A stretch of DNA of 64,000 nucleotides from an uncultured Anaerolinea sp. (GCA_964543585.1 CAZIYY010000001.1:245-64244); one strand, 5' to 3'. Shown: positions 1 to 9,555, counted from the stretch's first letter. Notes: generated from the letters alone by a model not told the origin. Numbers and translations: made by a program.

Positions 1-882
1 ACTCCCGTAATTCAACCAACATCAACATTGCCTCCGACGATCATTCCAACAGTGATTTCGTCTGCCACAGTTCAAATCATTGTTCCAACAGTGGTTGCAT
101 CAACGGAAGAATTCACCAATGAACGCATTTCTTCCATGGATGGAATGCCACAGGTATTGATCCCTGAAGGTACGTTCCGCATGGGCGGCATGGATGTGCG
201 CGCCGCGCCGGACGAGATGCCCAACCATGCTGTGACACTGAGCCAGTTTTGGATGGATCAACTCGAAGTGACAAATGCAATGTTCGCGCTGTGCATGAAC
301 GCGGGCGTGTGTGAACCGCCGCAAAGTTTCAAATCACAAAGGCGGATTGAGTATTTCAACAACCCTGAGTTCAAGGATTATCCCGTTGTCTACGTCACGT
401 GGGAGCAAGCCGCTTCATATTGTGAATGGGCAGGCAGGCGATTGCCAAGCGAAGCGGAATGGGAGCGCGCCGCGCGCGGCGATGATTTCCGCACCTTTCC
501 CTGGGGCGAGGATAAAGCGGATGGCACGTTTGCAAATTTCAACATGCTCGTGACGGACACATCCCGAGTGGGAACGTACCCGGCGGGCGCAAGTCCATTT
601 GGCGTTTTGGATATGGCGGGTAACGTTGCGGAGTGGGTCAATGACTTTTATGATTTCGATTATTACGCGAGCGCTGATCATTTGAATCCAATGGGGCCCT
701 CGACGAGTTCCAACTTCAAGCGCGTCGTGCGCGGCGGAAGTTTGGGCGACGCTGAGATCAACATCCGCGTTTCGAAGCGTTCCTCCGTAACTGGCTCCAA
801 TATCCAGGCGATACCGGGTTCAAACGAGTATCTTGGTGATTTTTCCCCACGCATCGGTTTTCGCTGCGTCGCGGATAAATAG
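1..882 (+). CDS. Formylglycine-generating-enzyme (FGE/SUMF1) family protein, 5'-partial (frame open to window start)
   Basis: The frame of ORF 28..882 has no stop back to nt 1. Motifs RMGG, YPVVYVTWEQAASYCEWAGRRLPSEAEWERAARG, GNVAEWVNDFYD and RVVRGGS are the FGE-sulfatase fold signature. Confidence 0.85.
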   Translation, partial: TPVIQPTSTLPPTIIPTVISSATVQIIVPTVVASTEEFTNERISSMDGMPQVLIPEGTFRMGGMDVRAAPDEMPNHAVTLSQFWMDQLEVTNAMFALCMNAGVCEPPQSFKSQRRIEYFNNPEFKDYPVVYVTWEQAASYCEWAGRRLPSEAEWERAARGDDFRTFPWGEDKADGTFANFNMLVTDTSRVGTYPAGASPFGVLDMAGNVAEWVNDFYDFDYYASADHLNPMGPSTSSNFKRVVRGGSLGDAEINIRVSKRSSVTGSNIQAIPGSNEYLGDFSPRIGFRCVADK

Positions 883-1086
883 CATGAGAAAGGGCCGGAT
901 CATACTGTGTTTGGCGGGCTCTTTAATCAAGAACGTCCTGCAAGGTCTGAATTAATGCAGTCATATCATCTTCCGTGAGACGCCTTCTTCAACTCAACTG
1001 TCCATCCTCATCACCCCGAATCCCAGCCCATTCAGACCGACGTTCCCTGATAACCTTCCTCACTTTGACAATGCAAGGTATGTGCT

Positions 1087-1623
1087 TTAACCATCCACCC
1101 TCTCCAAAGATAAGATTGGTTCATAGACTCCTGCCTTGCAATAATAAACCTTATATTTCTCTCCCTCTTTGAAAACGCGGCTCATATCCTCCGAGAAGGC
1201 AAATTTCTTCTTGCCGACGAACACATAATAACTGGTAAATCCGCTCTCACCGCGGCCTTCCTCATCCAGGCGAATCGTTCCTTCCGCGACTAGAAGTTGA
1301 GCATTCATCAACCGCTCAGAGATTCGACGGGCCAGCCAAACGCTAAATGCAAGGATTCCTGCTACAGCCACTATCGTCGCAGGGAACACGAGCAGGTTGA
1401 GGGGATTGGAAAACAACGCCGCGCGCGAATCTTCATTTTGCAGGTACAACCCCAGGACGATGCACAACCCCAGGAACATGAAACCAACCATAACATACAC
1501 ACTTGTCCACGAAGATCTGCGGATGCCGCCCGCGGTCATTTGCAGCCACTCTTTTTGGCGCGGGCTGACGTGTCCGCGCTTGTTTGATTTCAGGTCTTCT
1601 TCGGTGAAGTCGAATATACTCAT
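1087..1623 (-). CDS. Hypothetical membrane protein (two predicted TM helices)
   Basis: 178-aa ORF with hydrophobic segments VYVMVGFMFLGLCIVLGLYL and LLVFPATIVAVAGILAFSVWL. I recognise no family. Confidence 0.55.
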   Translation of the reverse strand: MSIFDFTEEDLKSNKRGHVSPRQKEWLQMTAGGIRRSSWTSVYVMVGFMFLGLCIVLGLYLQNEDSRAALFSNPLNLLVFPATIVAVAGILAFSVWLARRISERLMNAQLLVAEGTIRLDEEGRGESGFTSYYVFVGKKKFAFSEDMSRVFKEGEKYKVYYCKAGVYEPILSLERVDG

Positions 1624-1713
1624 GATCTGCCGTTGATCAGGTTTTACAAATCTTTTTTGGAATGGAGGTTCTCTTTCACGCGGCTGATTTTACAACAATT
1701 CCCTGTATAATTA

Positions 1714-2634
1714 TTGCACACTCTCGAAGTAGATGGAATGAAAAATCCTCCCTATCCCAAATTGCGGGAATTTCAAAACGCTCATCGCAAGTTGATGCGG
1801 GAATACGTCGCTGCCATAGATGTCTCGGCGCGTTTGCCGTTTTTTGTGAACCTCACCCGTCTTTTGATACCATACGAACAAGAAACCGCCTTCGAGAGAT
1901 TAAACCGACAGTCCTGGTTTCTTCTGACTCCCTTCACGTGGAAACCCTTTGTACGATTCCTCGTCGAAGCCCATATCAAGGCAAAGATGGGAGAATTAAG
2001 TGTCGCTTATCATCAACTGGCATTGCGACTGCCCCAAGACAGGAATTTTCAACAACTCAAGGACGCTTTGAAATCAGCAGTTGCAGAATGTAATCAACTT
2101 AACGATACACTAACCGCCTGGAAAACCGGGAAAACATTTATGGCAGGGGCTGTCCCAGTCGTCATCGGATGGATTACTTCATGGCTGGGCGCAGATGATC
2201 TCTTATCTGCCATTCCTCAACTTGGGGCTGTCGTTGCAGGGAATCTATTTTCTGGAAACTACCTGTTGTTCTTTCGCGCCCTGGTTTGGGTGCTAACTTC
2301 GGTTACTTTGCTGTTTTTTCTCCTCAATCAGGCATTTGAAGGGAAGCGCTTTATTTTTTTACCCACTTTCGTCAGGGAACGGGTTGAAGCATCCACGCAT
2401 AACATTTATGCCAGCGAAGATGTCTTGTTTCAACTGATTAGCCATAAAAAAACATCGGAACTCGCCCTGGATGCGGCGGCGGGAATTTTTCTCTTGTGCC
2501 TGCTCGCAATCGGGCTCTTTTTGCGAACGTATTTTTATTCCTTCTCCCTGAATATCTTTCACCTGATTGCCTGGCCCCTTTTGATCCTTCTCGGTGTATT
2601 TATCGTCATTTCAACCAGGCGTCGTTGGAATTAG
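1714..2634 (+). CDS. Hypothetical multi-pass membrane protein
   Basis: 306-aa ORF with several long hydrophobic stretches in the C-terminal half. Alternative start at 1738 (MKNPPYP). No recognisable family. Confidence 0.5.
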   Translation: MHTLEVDGMKNPPYPKLREFQNAHRKLMREYVAAIDVSARLPFFVNLTRLLIPYEQETAFERLNRQSWFLLTPFTWKPFVRFLVEAHIKAKMGELSVAYHQLALRLPQDRNFQQLKDALKSAVAECNQLNDTLTAWKTGKTFMAGAVPVVIGWITSWLGADDLLSAIPQLGAVVAGNLFSGNYLLFFRALVWVLTSVTLLFFLLNQAFEGKRFIFLPTFVRERVEASTHNIYASEDVLFQLISHKKTSELALDAAAGIFLLCLLAIGLFLRTYFYSFSLNIFHLIAWPLLILLGVFIVISTRRRWN

Positions 2635-2646
2635 CGTTTAAATGAT

Positions 2647-2733
2647 TCAACTATTCATGCTCTTCTTCGCACGGCTGATGTGTCCGCGTTTGTTTGAATT
2701 CAGTTCTTCTTCAGTGAAGTCGAATATACTCTC
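2647..2733 (-). pseudogene. Relic of the first ~29 codons of a paralogue of the 1087..1623 gene; start codon lost (GAG instead of ATG)
   Basis: It translates as ESIFDFTEEELNSNKRGHISRAKKSMNS*, versus MSIFDFTEEDLKSNKRGHVSPRQKEW at the N-terminus of the intact gene. The DNA of 2661-2731 aligns with 1551-1621 at roughly four-fifths identity by eye. Confidence 0.55.
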
Positions 2734-2795
2734 ATCGTCTGACTTTTTTCTACTTCGTTGCAGGGGGAGATGGTTCCGGGATAGAGAAACCGGCT

Positions 2796-3068
2796 TTACG
2801 ATTCCACTTTTCCATGCTCTGCAAAGTAATGATAAACGGAATCCACAATGTTTTTTGAGTGTGAAACGGAATTCCACAAAACAGCGATGATATCCTGCAT
2901 TTCATCAGGCGGTAAGTCCATGGATCTCAAAACGTTCAAATAGCCCGTCATGTTATAGATCGGATCCCTGAGTTCGTGAAAAGCCTCCGCCAAAACCTCA
3001 TCCGGTGATTTTCCAGCCCAGCGATCTATGTCATCATTGAATTTAGATTTATGCTTGTCCATTTTCAC
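2796..3068 (-). CDS. Small stand-alone HisKA/DHp-like protein (H-box-like motif, no ATPase domain)
   Basis: 90-aa ORF. FHELRDPIYNMTGYLNVL resembles the histidine-kinase H-box (hELRtPl..i.gy..l). The GTG start at 3068 overlaps the stop of the upstream exonuclease gene; an ATG alternative lies at 3062. Confidence 0.5.
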   Translation of the reverse strand: MKMDKHKSKFNDDIDRWAGKSPDEVLAEAFHELRDPIYNMTGYLNVLRSMDLPPDEMQDIIAVLWNSVSHSKNIVDSVYHYFAEHGKVES

Positions 3069-3940
3069 TCCTGCAAGAAAATGTCTTGCTCATCTTCCAC
3101 TTTCACTTCAACGATTCGATCCAGGCGAAAATTTCTCTCGGCGTTCCGCAGGTGACAATGCGCCTGCAAATAAACGTAGTCCGACAAGCCCATCACCTGC
3201 TTGGGCGTGACCCAGCGCCGGGTCTCTTCGCCTTCCCCGTCCACATAGCGGATGAACATCCGTTTGTTGCCGTAGATCGCCTCACCCAACTCGGTGGGGA
3301 GTTGAATCCCATCGTTGGGCCAGACGGGCGAGTTGTAAATGCCAATGTAATCATCGAGCGGTTTGTTGAAGCGCTTCATCTGTTCCATCATGCCAAAGAA
3401 GACGCCGCGCGCCGTGAGCGCGTCATCCAGCGCGCGATGCGCGGCGGTTATCGGGACCCGGAACGCCTCCGCAATGGAAAGCAAACTATAAGAAGGCAAA
3501 TCGAAATATTGACGAGCCAGGGATAACGTGTCAATCAGGTTTGGGATTTGGATCTCGCGCCCCAAACGGCGGAACTCGCTATCGAGAAATTGCACATCGA
3601 ACTGCGCGTTGTGACAGATCACGACTGTTCCCTTCAACCACTCGGCCACATAATCGGCAACATCCGCAAACAACGGCGCAGTGGATAGTTCCTGGTCGGT
3701 CAGACCGTTGGTGCTTGCCGCTCCCAGCGAAAGCGGACGTTCGGGATTTACGAGAGTCTGATACCGTTGTTTGATGCGTTTCCCCTCAGTGAGCACAATG
3801 CCCACTTCGCAGATGCGGTCCCCAAACCACGGGGACAGTCCCGTCGTTTCGAGATCCAAAAAGGCAAAGCGCGCGCTGGATATATCGAACATGACTAATT
3901 GAACGTAGTGGGCGCTCACCGCGCCCAGTTTAAAGGACAA
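3065..3940 (-). CDS. DEDDh 3'-5' exonuclease (DnaQ / Pol III epsilon-like) with C-terminal WYL domain
   Basis: ExoI FLDLETTG, ExoII HNAQFDVQFL and ExoIII HRALDDA are present. The C-terminus DYVYLQAHCHLRNAERNFRLDRIVEV fits the WYL-domain core. Alternative start at 3892 (MFDISS). Confidence 0.85.
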   Translation of the reverse strand: MSFKLGAVSAHYVQLVMFDISSARFAFLDLETTGLSPWFGDRICEVGIVLTEGKRIKQRYQTLVNPERPLSLGAASTNGLTDQELSTAPLFADVADYVAEWLKGTVVICHNAQFDVQFLDSEFRRLGREIQIPNLIDTLSLARQYFDLPSYSLLSIAEAFRVPITAAHRALDDALTARGVFFGMMEQMKRFNKPLDDYIGIYNSPVWPNDGIQLPTELGEAIYGNKRMFIRYVDGEGEETRRWVTPKQVMGLSDYVYLQAHCHLRNAERNFRLDRIVEVKVEDEQDIFLQE

Positions 3941-3964
3941 ACCCGAAATTCTGTTTCAACTATT

Positions 3965-4654
3965 CTAAACCGAAAACGATTTTCCCGCTTGAAAAAATTC
4001 GAGGCGGCTCTGACGATACAACGTCACAGCGCCGCGCCCGTAGGCGTTCCATGAATTGTTCTCACCGTCGTCTACCATACCTGTCTGCTCATCAATGCCG
4101 ATAAGAGTCACGTCAGGGATTTGTTTCGTGAGACGCGGCGCCCAACCCTTCCCGAACGTGTTGTGATGCGGCAGGACGAGCGAATTGGGAACGAGATTCA
4201 ATCCTTGATGAACTTTTCCCGCGCCAGGATCAAAATAAAACTGGCACATCACCATCGCTCCCGCGCTCGACCCCGCGATGACCGCGCCATCGCGATAAGC
4301 ATCGAGACATGCCTGCCATGCCAAGCTGTCCTTGAGCGTTTGACCCAGATAATGCGTGAAGCCGCCGAGCAGATAAATCAACTTTGCATCTCTCAAGGAT
4401 TTGGCGATCATCCCATCGTTCGCGCTGGCTTTGTCAATCAATGGAACTGAGATAACAGCCTGCGCGCCCAAGCTTTGAAACCAGCGGATGCCGTTATTCC
4501 CTGCGCGCTGGTGGTTGTGATCGGGCGCGGCGGCGGTCGGAATGATGCGGATCGGCGCGTCGAAGCCGCCAGCCAGTTCTATGCCGCGCAGGTCGGGGTC
4601 GCGCATCCGCCCGCCAAACTCCGCGCCGCCTTCGAGTATCAGGTATCCCATCAT
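3965..4654 (-). CDS. Peptidase S51 / cyanophycinase-like protein
   Basis: N-terminal ILEGGAEFGG and the nucleophile-elbow-like GSSAGAMVM match this family. The length of 229 aa is typical of the S51 family. Confidence 0.7.
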   Translation of the reverse strand: MMGYLILEGGAEFGGRMRDPDLRGIELAGGFDAPIRIIPTAAAPDHNHQRAGNNGIRWFQSLGAQAVISVPLIDKASANDGMIAKSLRDAKLIYLLGGFTHYLGQTLKDSLAWQACLDAYRDGAVIAGSSAGAMVMCQFYFDPGAGKVHQGLNLVPNSLVLPHHNTFGKGWAPRLTKQIPDVTLIGIDEQTGMVDDGENNSWNAYGRGAVTLYRQSRLEFFQAGKSFSV

Positions 4655-4752
4655 TCACCATCCATAATCGCTTTGAATCGTCCCGCAGGTTTTCTCGAGA
4701 AATGCTATTGATTTACTCCAACCTGCGGGACGTTTCTAAATATCCTATACTT

Positions 4753-5178
4753 TCACCAGCCGTATTCATCGAATTGAATAGCATTCAAATGATTCCCTAT
4801 CGCTTGTCTCACATACGGGATTGTGTTTGCAGGCAATTTATTAATTTCCACCCAGCGCAGGTCATCACATTTATCGGGCTCGGCATTGAAAGGCTCGCCC
4901 TGCCATTTGTGGACGCGCACAAAAAAATCCACGCGCTCGTCATCTTCGAGCCGATGTATCACAGACGAGAAGACAAGATCATCCGCTTCAATCTTTACCC
5001 CAACCTCTTCCTGCGCTTCGCGGACTGCCGCGTCCATTACCGTTTCGCCGCCATCCAAATGCCCGGCCGGGATGCTGTATTCACCATCGCGAAATCCCGT
5101 GTTGAAGCGGCGCAATAGCAATATCTGATTCTCGCGAAAGAAAAAGAGATGAACAGTGACGGGGAATCTGGCGCGCAT
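4753..5178 (-). CDS. NUDIX hydrolase
   Basis: Nudix box GGHLDGGETVMDAAVREAQEEVGV (Gx5Ex7REUxEExGU). Confidence 0.85.
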   Translation of the reverse strand: MRARFPVTVHLFFFRENQILLLRRFNTGFRDGEYSIPAGHLDGGETVMDAAVREAQEEVGVKIEADDLVFSSVIHRLEDDERVDFFVRVHKWQGEPFNAEPDKCDDLRWVEINKLPANTIPYVRQAIGNHLNAIQFDEYGW

Positions 5179-5201
5179 AAGTAAATTTATATAAGAATTA
5201 T

Positions 5202-5281
5202 GTCACTCTGAGTGAGCGTTCGTTGCGACCGAAGAGTCTCGGTTTTGAAAATTAGATACCCTTCGCTGCCGCTCAGGGTGA
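5202..5281. repeat. REP-B structured intergenic repeat (arms GTCACTCTGAG...CTCAGGGTGA, core GCGACCGAAGAGTCTC)
   Basis: The inverted arms are visible, and near-identical elements occur at 34168-34249 and 36429-36500. Confidence 0.75.
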
Positions 5282-5284
5282 AAT

Positions 5285-6301
5285 TTACGATTGGAAATAT
5301 TTCTCCCAAACTCTTTTCTTCCTTTCATCTGGAATGAAGGATGCTTCATAGGCATTGCGATTGCATACGGCGATCTCATCCATGCTCATGCCCAACACTT
5401 CATGCGCGATGCGATATTCGTTGTTCAGGTTCGTTTCCAATACTTCGGGATCATCGGAGTTGATTGTCACCTTCACGCCCAGATCAAATAACTTCTTCAG
5501 CGGATGCTCCTCAATCGTCCGCACGGAGTTGGTCAGGTAATTGCTCCACGGGTTGACTTCCAGCGTAATGCCGCGTTCTTTGATCAAATCCACGACCTTC
5601 ATATCTTCTATGGCATGAATACCGTGACCGATGCGATCCGGTTGAAATGCATGGATTGTGCCAGCCACTGCTGAAGCGGGCGTATCCTCCCCGGAATGGA
5701 TCGTCACCCTAAGACCTGCCTCTTTGGCTTTCAAAATTGGTTTTACAAAATCGCTCATCGGATAAAACAGTTCGCCGTCTGCAAGGTCAACTGCCTGGAT
5801 GTGTTTCTTATTGCGAATCGCCCAGTCCACCGTTTTGACGCAGGACGCGGGTCCCATGCTCCGTGAAGTGATGGCGATATAGCCAATTGCCATGTCGAAC
5901 TCGCGTTCGGCGCGCTCCCTGGCGCGCAGGAGTCCTTCAAGACATTCATCCCAATCCAACTTGTGTCCATGAAACGCCCAATCGGGCGAGAAGCGAACTT
6001 CAAAAAGTTTGATATTCTGTTTTGCAGAATCTTCAAATAATTCCCACGCAATGCGCTTGACCACTTCGGGTGATGCGATGCTGTTTTGGAAAATGGCGAA
6101 GGCTTCCAATACGGCTTCAAGATTTCGCATTTGGTCGTAGACTTTGACGAACTTATCCAATTCACTGACATCATAAGATGGTAGTTTCAAGTTGTACTCT
6201 CTGGCAACGTCAATGATCGTCTGCGTGCGGATCGCGCCTTCGAGATGAATGTGTATTTCGGTTTTAGGAATGTCGTTATATGTGGGGTCGAAGTCTTTCA
6301 T
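5285..6301 (-). CDS. add: Adenosine deaminase
   Basis: Motifs TEIHIHLEGA, HGI..A, and SDDPEV near the C-terminus. ATG at 6301 is preferred over the upstream TTG at 6322. Confidence 0.85.
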   Translation of the reverse strand: MKDFDPTYNDIPKTEIHIHLEGAIRTQTIIDVAREYNLKLPSYDVSELDKFVKVYDQMRNLEAVLEAFAIFQNSIASPEVVKRIAWELFEDSAKQNIKLFEVRFSPDWAFHGHKLDWDECLEGLLRARERAEREFDMAIGYIAITSRSMGPASCVKTVDWAIRNKKHIQAVDLADGELFYPMSDFVKPILKAKEAGLRVTIHSGEDTPASAVAGTIHAFQPDRIGHGIHAIEDMKVVDLIKERGITLEVNPWSNYLTNSVRTIEEHPLKKLFDLGVKVTINSDDPEVLETNLNNEYRIAHEVLGMSMDEIAVCNRNAYEASFIPDERKKRVWEKYFQS

Positions 6302-6448
6302 CGTGATTTGCCTGTTACACAAATGCTCGAGCTATTTTCAAGATACTGGCATGCTCAGTCTGCCGTATCCTTATGTTTTATCATACTAAGACGCAAACGT
6401 CACGAAGACTTGTCGCGAGCTTGTCAAAGGAAAAACGGTGAATCAATG

Positions 6449-6528
6449 CGGATAACGATACCACTACAGAGGGGTTTTAACGGTGGGCGATAATCTCACA
6501 CGGATAAACGGATAATTTGCTGTATAAT
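6449..6528 (+). promoter_or_regulatory. Putative promoter/operator region of the ABC importer operon: three CGGATAA direct repeats plus a TGTATAAT -10-like box
   Basis: CGGATAA occurs at 6449, 6501 and 6509. TATAAT lies at 6523-6528, about 100 nt upstream of the RBS GGAGGAG and the ATG at 6631. Confidence 0.25.
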
Positions 6529-6630
6529 TTTTCAAGCCGATTCGGAAGGAGGCGCTGCGACCGAGATTACCTAAAATTCCCCTTCCCTGGTCCGCTGATT
6601 TTCCATTCTATTTTCTCTTGGAGGAGAAAC

Positions 6631-8324
6631 ATGAAACGCAACTTGAATATCCTGATTTCGCTCGTAGTATTGGGGAGCATGATTCTGGCGGCTTGCGGCG
6701 GGGGGCAAGCCACACAAGTTCCGGTAACGGAAGCGCCCGCATCCAATGCAACAGAGGCTCCTGTCGCCACCGAAGCGCCTGCTGAAAAGAAGGTCGCCAC
6801 CTTCGCCTGGACCCAGGAATTCGACTCCTTAAGTCCCATATATCAGGGGATGTGGTTTTCTGCCGTTACCCAACAGTTCTGGCTATGCTGGGCATGGCAA
6901 TTTAATGAGAAGAACGAAGCCTTCCCCTACCTTTTGACGGAATTACCCAGCTCCGAAAATGGAGGCATCTCTGCTGATGGAACGCAGATTACCATGCGCC
7001 TGCGCGACGATATCAAGTGGTCTGATAACGAACCAATCACATCTGAAGATTTCAAGTTTACGTGGCAGATGGCAATTGATACCAAGAACACTGTGGCTTC
7101 TGCTTATCCATACGACAATATTACAAGCATGACACTCCCGACGCGCAGACAGTTGTGATCAATTTCGAATCACCGTTTGCACCCTGGCTTGCCACCTTAT
7201 GGCGTGGCATATTGCCTGCCCATACCCTGCAACCCGTTTATGATGCAGATGGCACGCTCGACAATGCCGAATGGAACCTTGCGCCTACGGTTGGATGCGG
7301 TCCCTATGCGTTCGCCGAATGGGAATCGGGCAGCTTTGCGCGTTTCGTCAGGAACGAAAATTATTGGGGCGATGCGCCAATCATTGACGAAATCTTCCTG
7401 CGCTTTGTGCCTGATGACGCTTCACAGACGGCGACTCTCGTCACTGGTGACGCCGACCTGGGCGCTTTCATTCCTTACAGCGATGTTCCGCAGTTGAAAG
7501 ACGCGGGCCTTACAATCATGACACAACCTTCTGGTTATAATGAAGGCTTGTTTTTCCTGATCAACAAAGAAAAAGGTCATCCTGCTTTGTTGGATGTGAA
7601 TGTCCGAAAAGCAATTGCCCTGGCAGTGGACCGGGATGCGGTCAACACAGACCTTTTACTTGGGCTTACAAAAGTTCCAGCCAGTTACTGGGATGCGTTG
7701 CCTTACTACAATGATCCTGCGCTGGAAAACTACCCATACGATCCTGAGGGCGCAAAGAAATTGCTTGACGATGCAGGTTGGAAGGATTCCAACGGCGATG
7801 GCACGCGCGATAAGGGTGGTGTGGAATTAGCGCTGTCCTATGGCACAAATATCCGCGAAACCCGCCAGGATGTGCAGGCGGTTGCCCAACAACAGTTGGC
7901 TGAGGTCGGCATCAAGGTGGAATTGTCAAGTTATGAAGACGATGTGTTCTTTGGTCAGGACGGTCCTGCTGCCATAGGTGACATTGATATCATGGAATGG
8001 TCAGACGGGCCTGCCTTCCCCGATCCGGATATTTACTACTGGCTGTGCAGTGAGATACCGACTGCTGATTATCCCGCGGGTACCAACTGGTTCTATCTTT
8101 GCGATGAGGAATTGGATGGCTTGATCCAACTTCAGTCCACTCAAGTCAGCGTGGCTGAGCGCCAGAAGACCATCTCCCAGATCAATCAGATCTTTCATGA
8201 TAAGGTCTATTGGGTTGGCTTGTGGCAGGATCCTGACGTTTGGGCTGTTGGCCCACGCCTGACAGGTGTAAAGTTTTCCGGTGTCACTCCGTTCTTCAAT
8301 ATTGCAGAATGGGATATTAAATAA
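6631..8324 (+). pseudogene. ABC transporter substrate-binding protein, family 5 (peptide/nickel type), interrupted by a frameshift near 7128-7131
   Basis: A lipoprotein signal MKRNLNILISLVVLGSMILAACGG follows a GGAGGAG RBS. ORF 6517..7158 and ORF 7155..8324 are the two halves of one SBP. Shifting frame at AGCAT|GACACT restores ...YDNITS(x)DTPDAQTVVINFESPFAPW. Confidence 0.8.
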
Positions 8325-8342
8325 AGTTCGCTAAAAGATTTT

Positions 8343-8384
8343 GTGGCAGGTTGGGAAGTCCTCAACCTGCCACAACTTTTATTA
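8343..8384 (+). terminator. Rho-independent terminator/attenuator after the SBP gene
   Basis: 11-bp stem GTGGCAGGTTG / CAACCTGCCAC with a 9-nt loop, followed by AACTTTTATT. Confidence 0.65.
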
Positions 8385-8520
8385 TTTACTCGCCTTGCGT
8401 ACCTTTGCTCCCGTAGGGTCTGTGACCCGGCGGCTTCCCTGCAAAACACGGCGGTCGCGGACTGCCTCGGAGCGTAACCGCGTAAGGTGCGTTATTCATT
8501 GGCTTCCTTGAAGGTCATAC

Positions 8521-9555
8521 ATGCTTAAATACATTTTTAAACGCCTGCTTCAAGGCATCCCCTTGCTTATCATCATTAGCATAATCTTGTTCCTGTTGAT
8601 AATAAACATGGGCGATCCGATCGCCACCATGGGAGGGCGTACGCTTACACGCCCGGATGATCGCGCAAGGCTCACGCGTCAGCTTGGGTTGGATAAACCC
8701 ATCGCCATTCAATACGTATACTGGCTTGCGGGAAATGATTGGCTGAGGGTGGATTCCGATGGCGATGGTGTTCCTGATAAGAATGGAACCCGTAAAGGAA
8801 TCCTGCGCGGCGATTTTGGAACGTCACTTGTTACGCGTGGAAAAGCGGTTACCGAGCTTATTGGAGATCGTATCCCTAATACTCTTTTATTGATGGTGGC
8901 ATCCGAAGTGGTCACTATTTTGTTCGCTTTGGTTTTAGGCGTCTATTCCGCCTTGCGCCAATATTCCACGTTGGATAATATCCTGACGGCGTTATTATTT
9001 ATCGCTTATTCCATGCCAATATTCTTTGTCTCACTAATGTCCATGTATATCTTTGCGGTCCTGTTCAAGAAGTGGGGATTGCCCTACCTTCCCACGGTTG
9101 GGATGTTCGATCCGCAGGTGGGCAAAACTCCCTGGCAGGTTTTCTTGCATATGATATTGCCTGTGTTTAGTCTGTCGGTCACTTACTTCGCCGCTTATAG
9201 CCGCTACATTCGCAGTACGATGCTTGAAGTGATGAGCCAGGATTACATCCGAACTGCGAGATCAAAAGGATTGCCCAGGCGTCAGGTGGTTTACATCCAT
9301 GCTCTCAAGAACGCGGCTTTACCAATCGTTGCAGTGATAGGATTGGACCTGCCTTTCCTATTGGGAGGCGCAGTTGTGACAGAACGCATCTTTGCCTGGC
9401 CCGGGATGGGTCGGCTTTTTCTTGATCATGTCTCCCGCGCAGACCTTCCGGTGGTTATGGGGATATTGATGCTGGTCGCGGCAGCCGTTGTTGTATTTCA
9501 AATCATCACCGACATTTTTTATGCGTGGCTTGACCCGCGTATACGTTACGATTAA
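8521..9555 (+). CDS. ABC transporter permease (DppB/OppB-like)
   Basis: 344 aa and multi-TM. An N-terminal TM is followed by a long periplasmic loop, and the EAA-like region YIRTARSKGL is typical of the family. Confidence 0.9.
   Translation: MLKYIFKRLLQGIPLLIIISIILFLLIINMGDPIATMGGRTLTRPDDRARLTRQLGLDKPIAIQYVYWLAGNDWLRVDSDGDGVPDKNGTRKGILRGDFGTSLVTRGKAVTELIGDRIPNTLLLMVASEVVTILFALVLGVYSALRQYSTLDNILTALLFIAYSMPIFFVSLMSMYIFAVLFKKWGLPYLPTVGMFDPQVGKTPWQVFLHMILPVFSLSVTYFAAYSRYIRSTMLEVMSQDYIRTARSKGLPRRQVVYIHALKNAALPIVAVIGLDLPFLLGGAVVTERIFAWPGMGRLFLDHVSRADLPVVMGILMLVAAAVVVFQIITDIFYAWLDPRIRYD

Noticed and set aside
700-1087. FGE / C-type-lectin-fold protein as the variable target of a diversity-generating retroelement
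   Set aside because: No reverse transcriptase gene is present, and I found no template-repeat copy of the gene's 3' end in the downstream 200 nt or elsewhere in the window.
4753-6301. Adenosine deaminase plus NUDIX hydrolase as a RADAR-like or nucleotide-depletion defence pair
   Set aside because: The deaminase is a standard ~340-aa Add-type enzyme with housekeeping motifs and no large ATPase partner. The genes are separated by a REP element. Nothing beyond adjacency supports a defence role.
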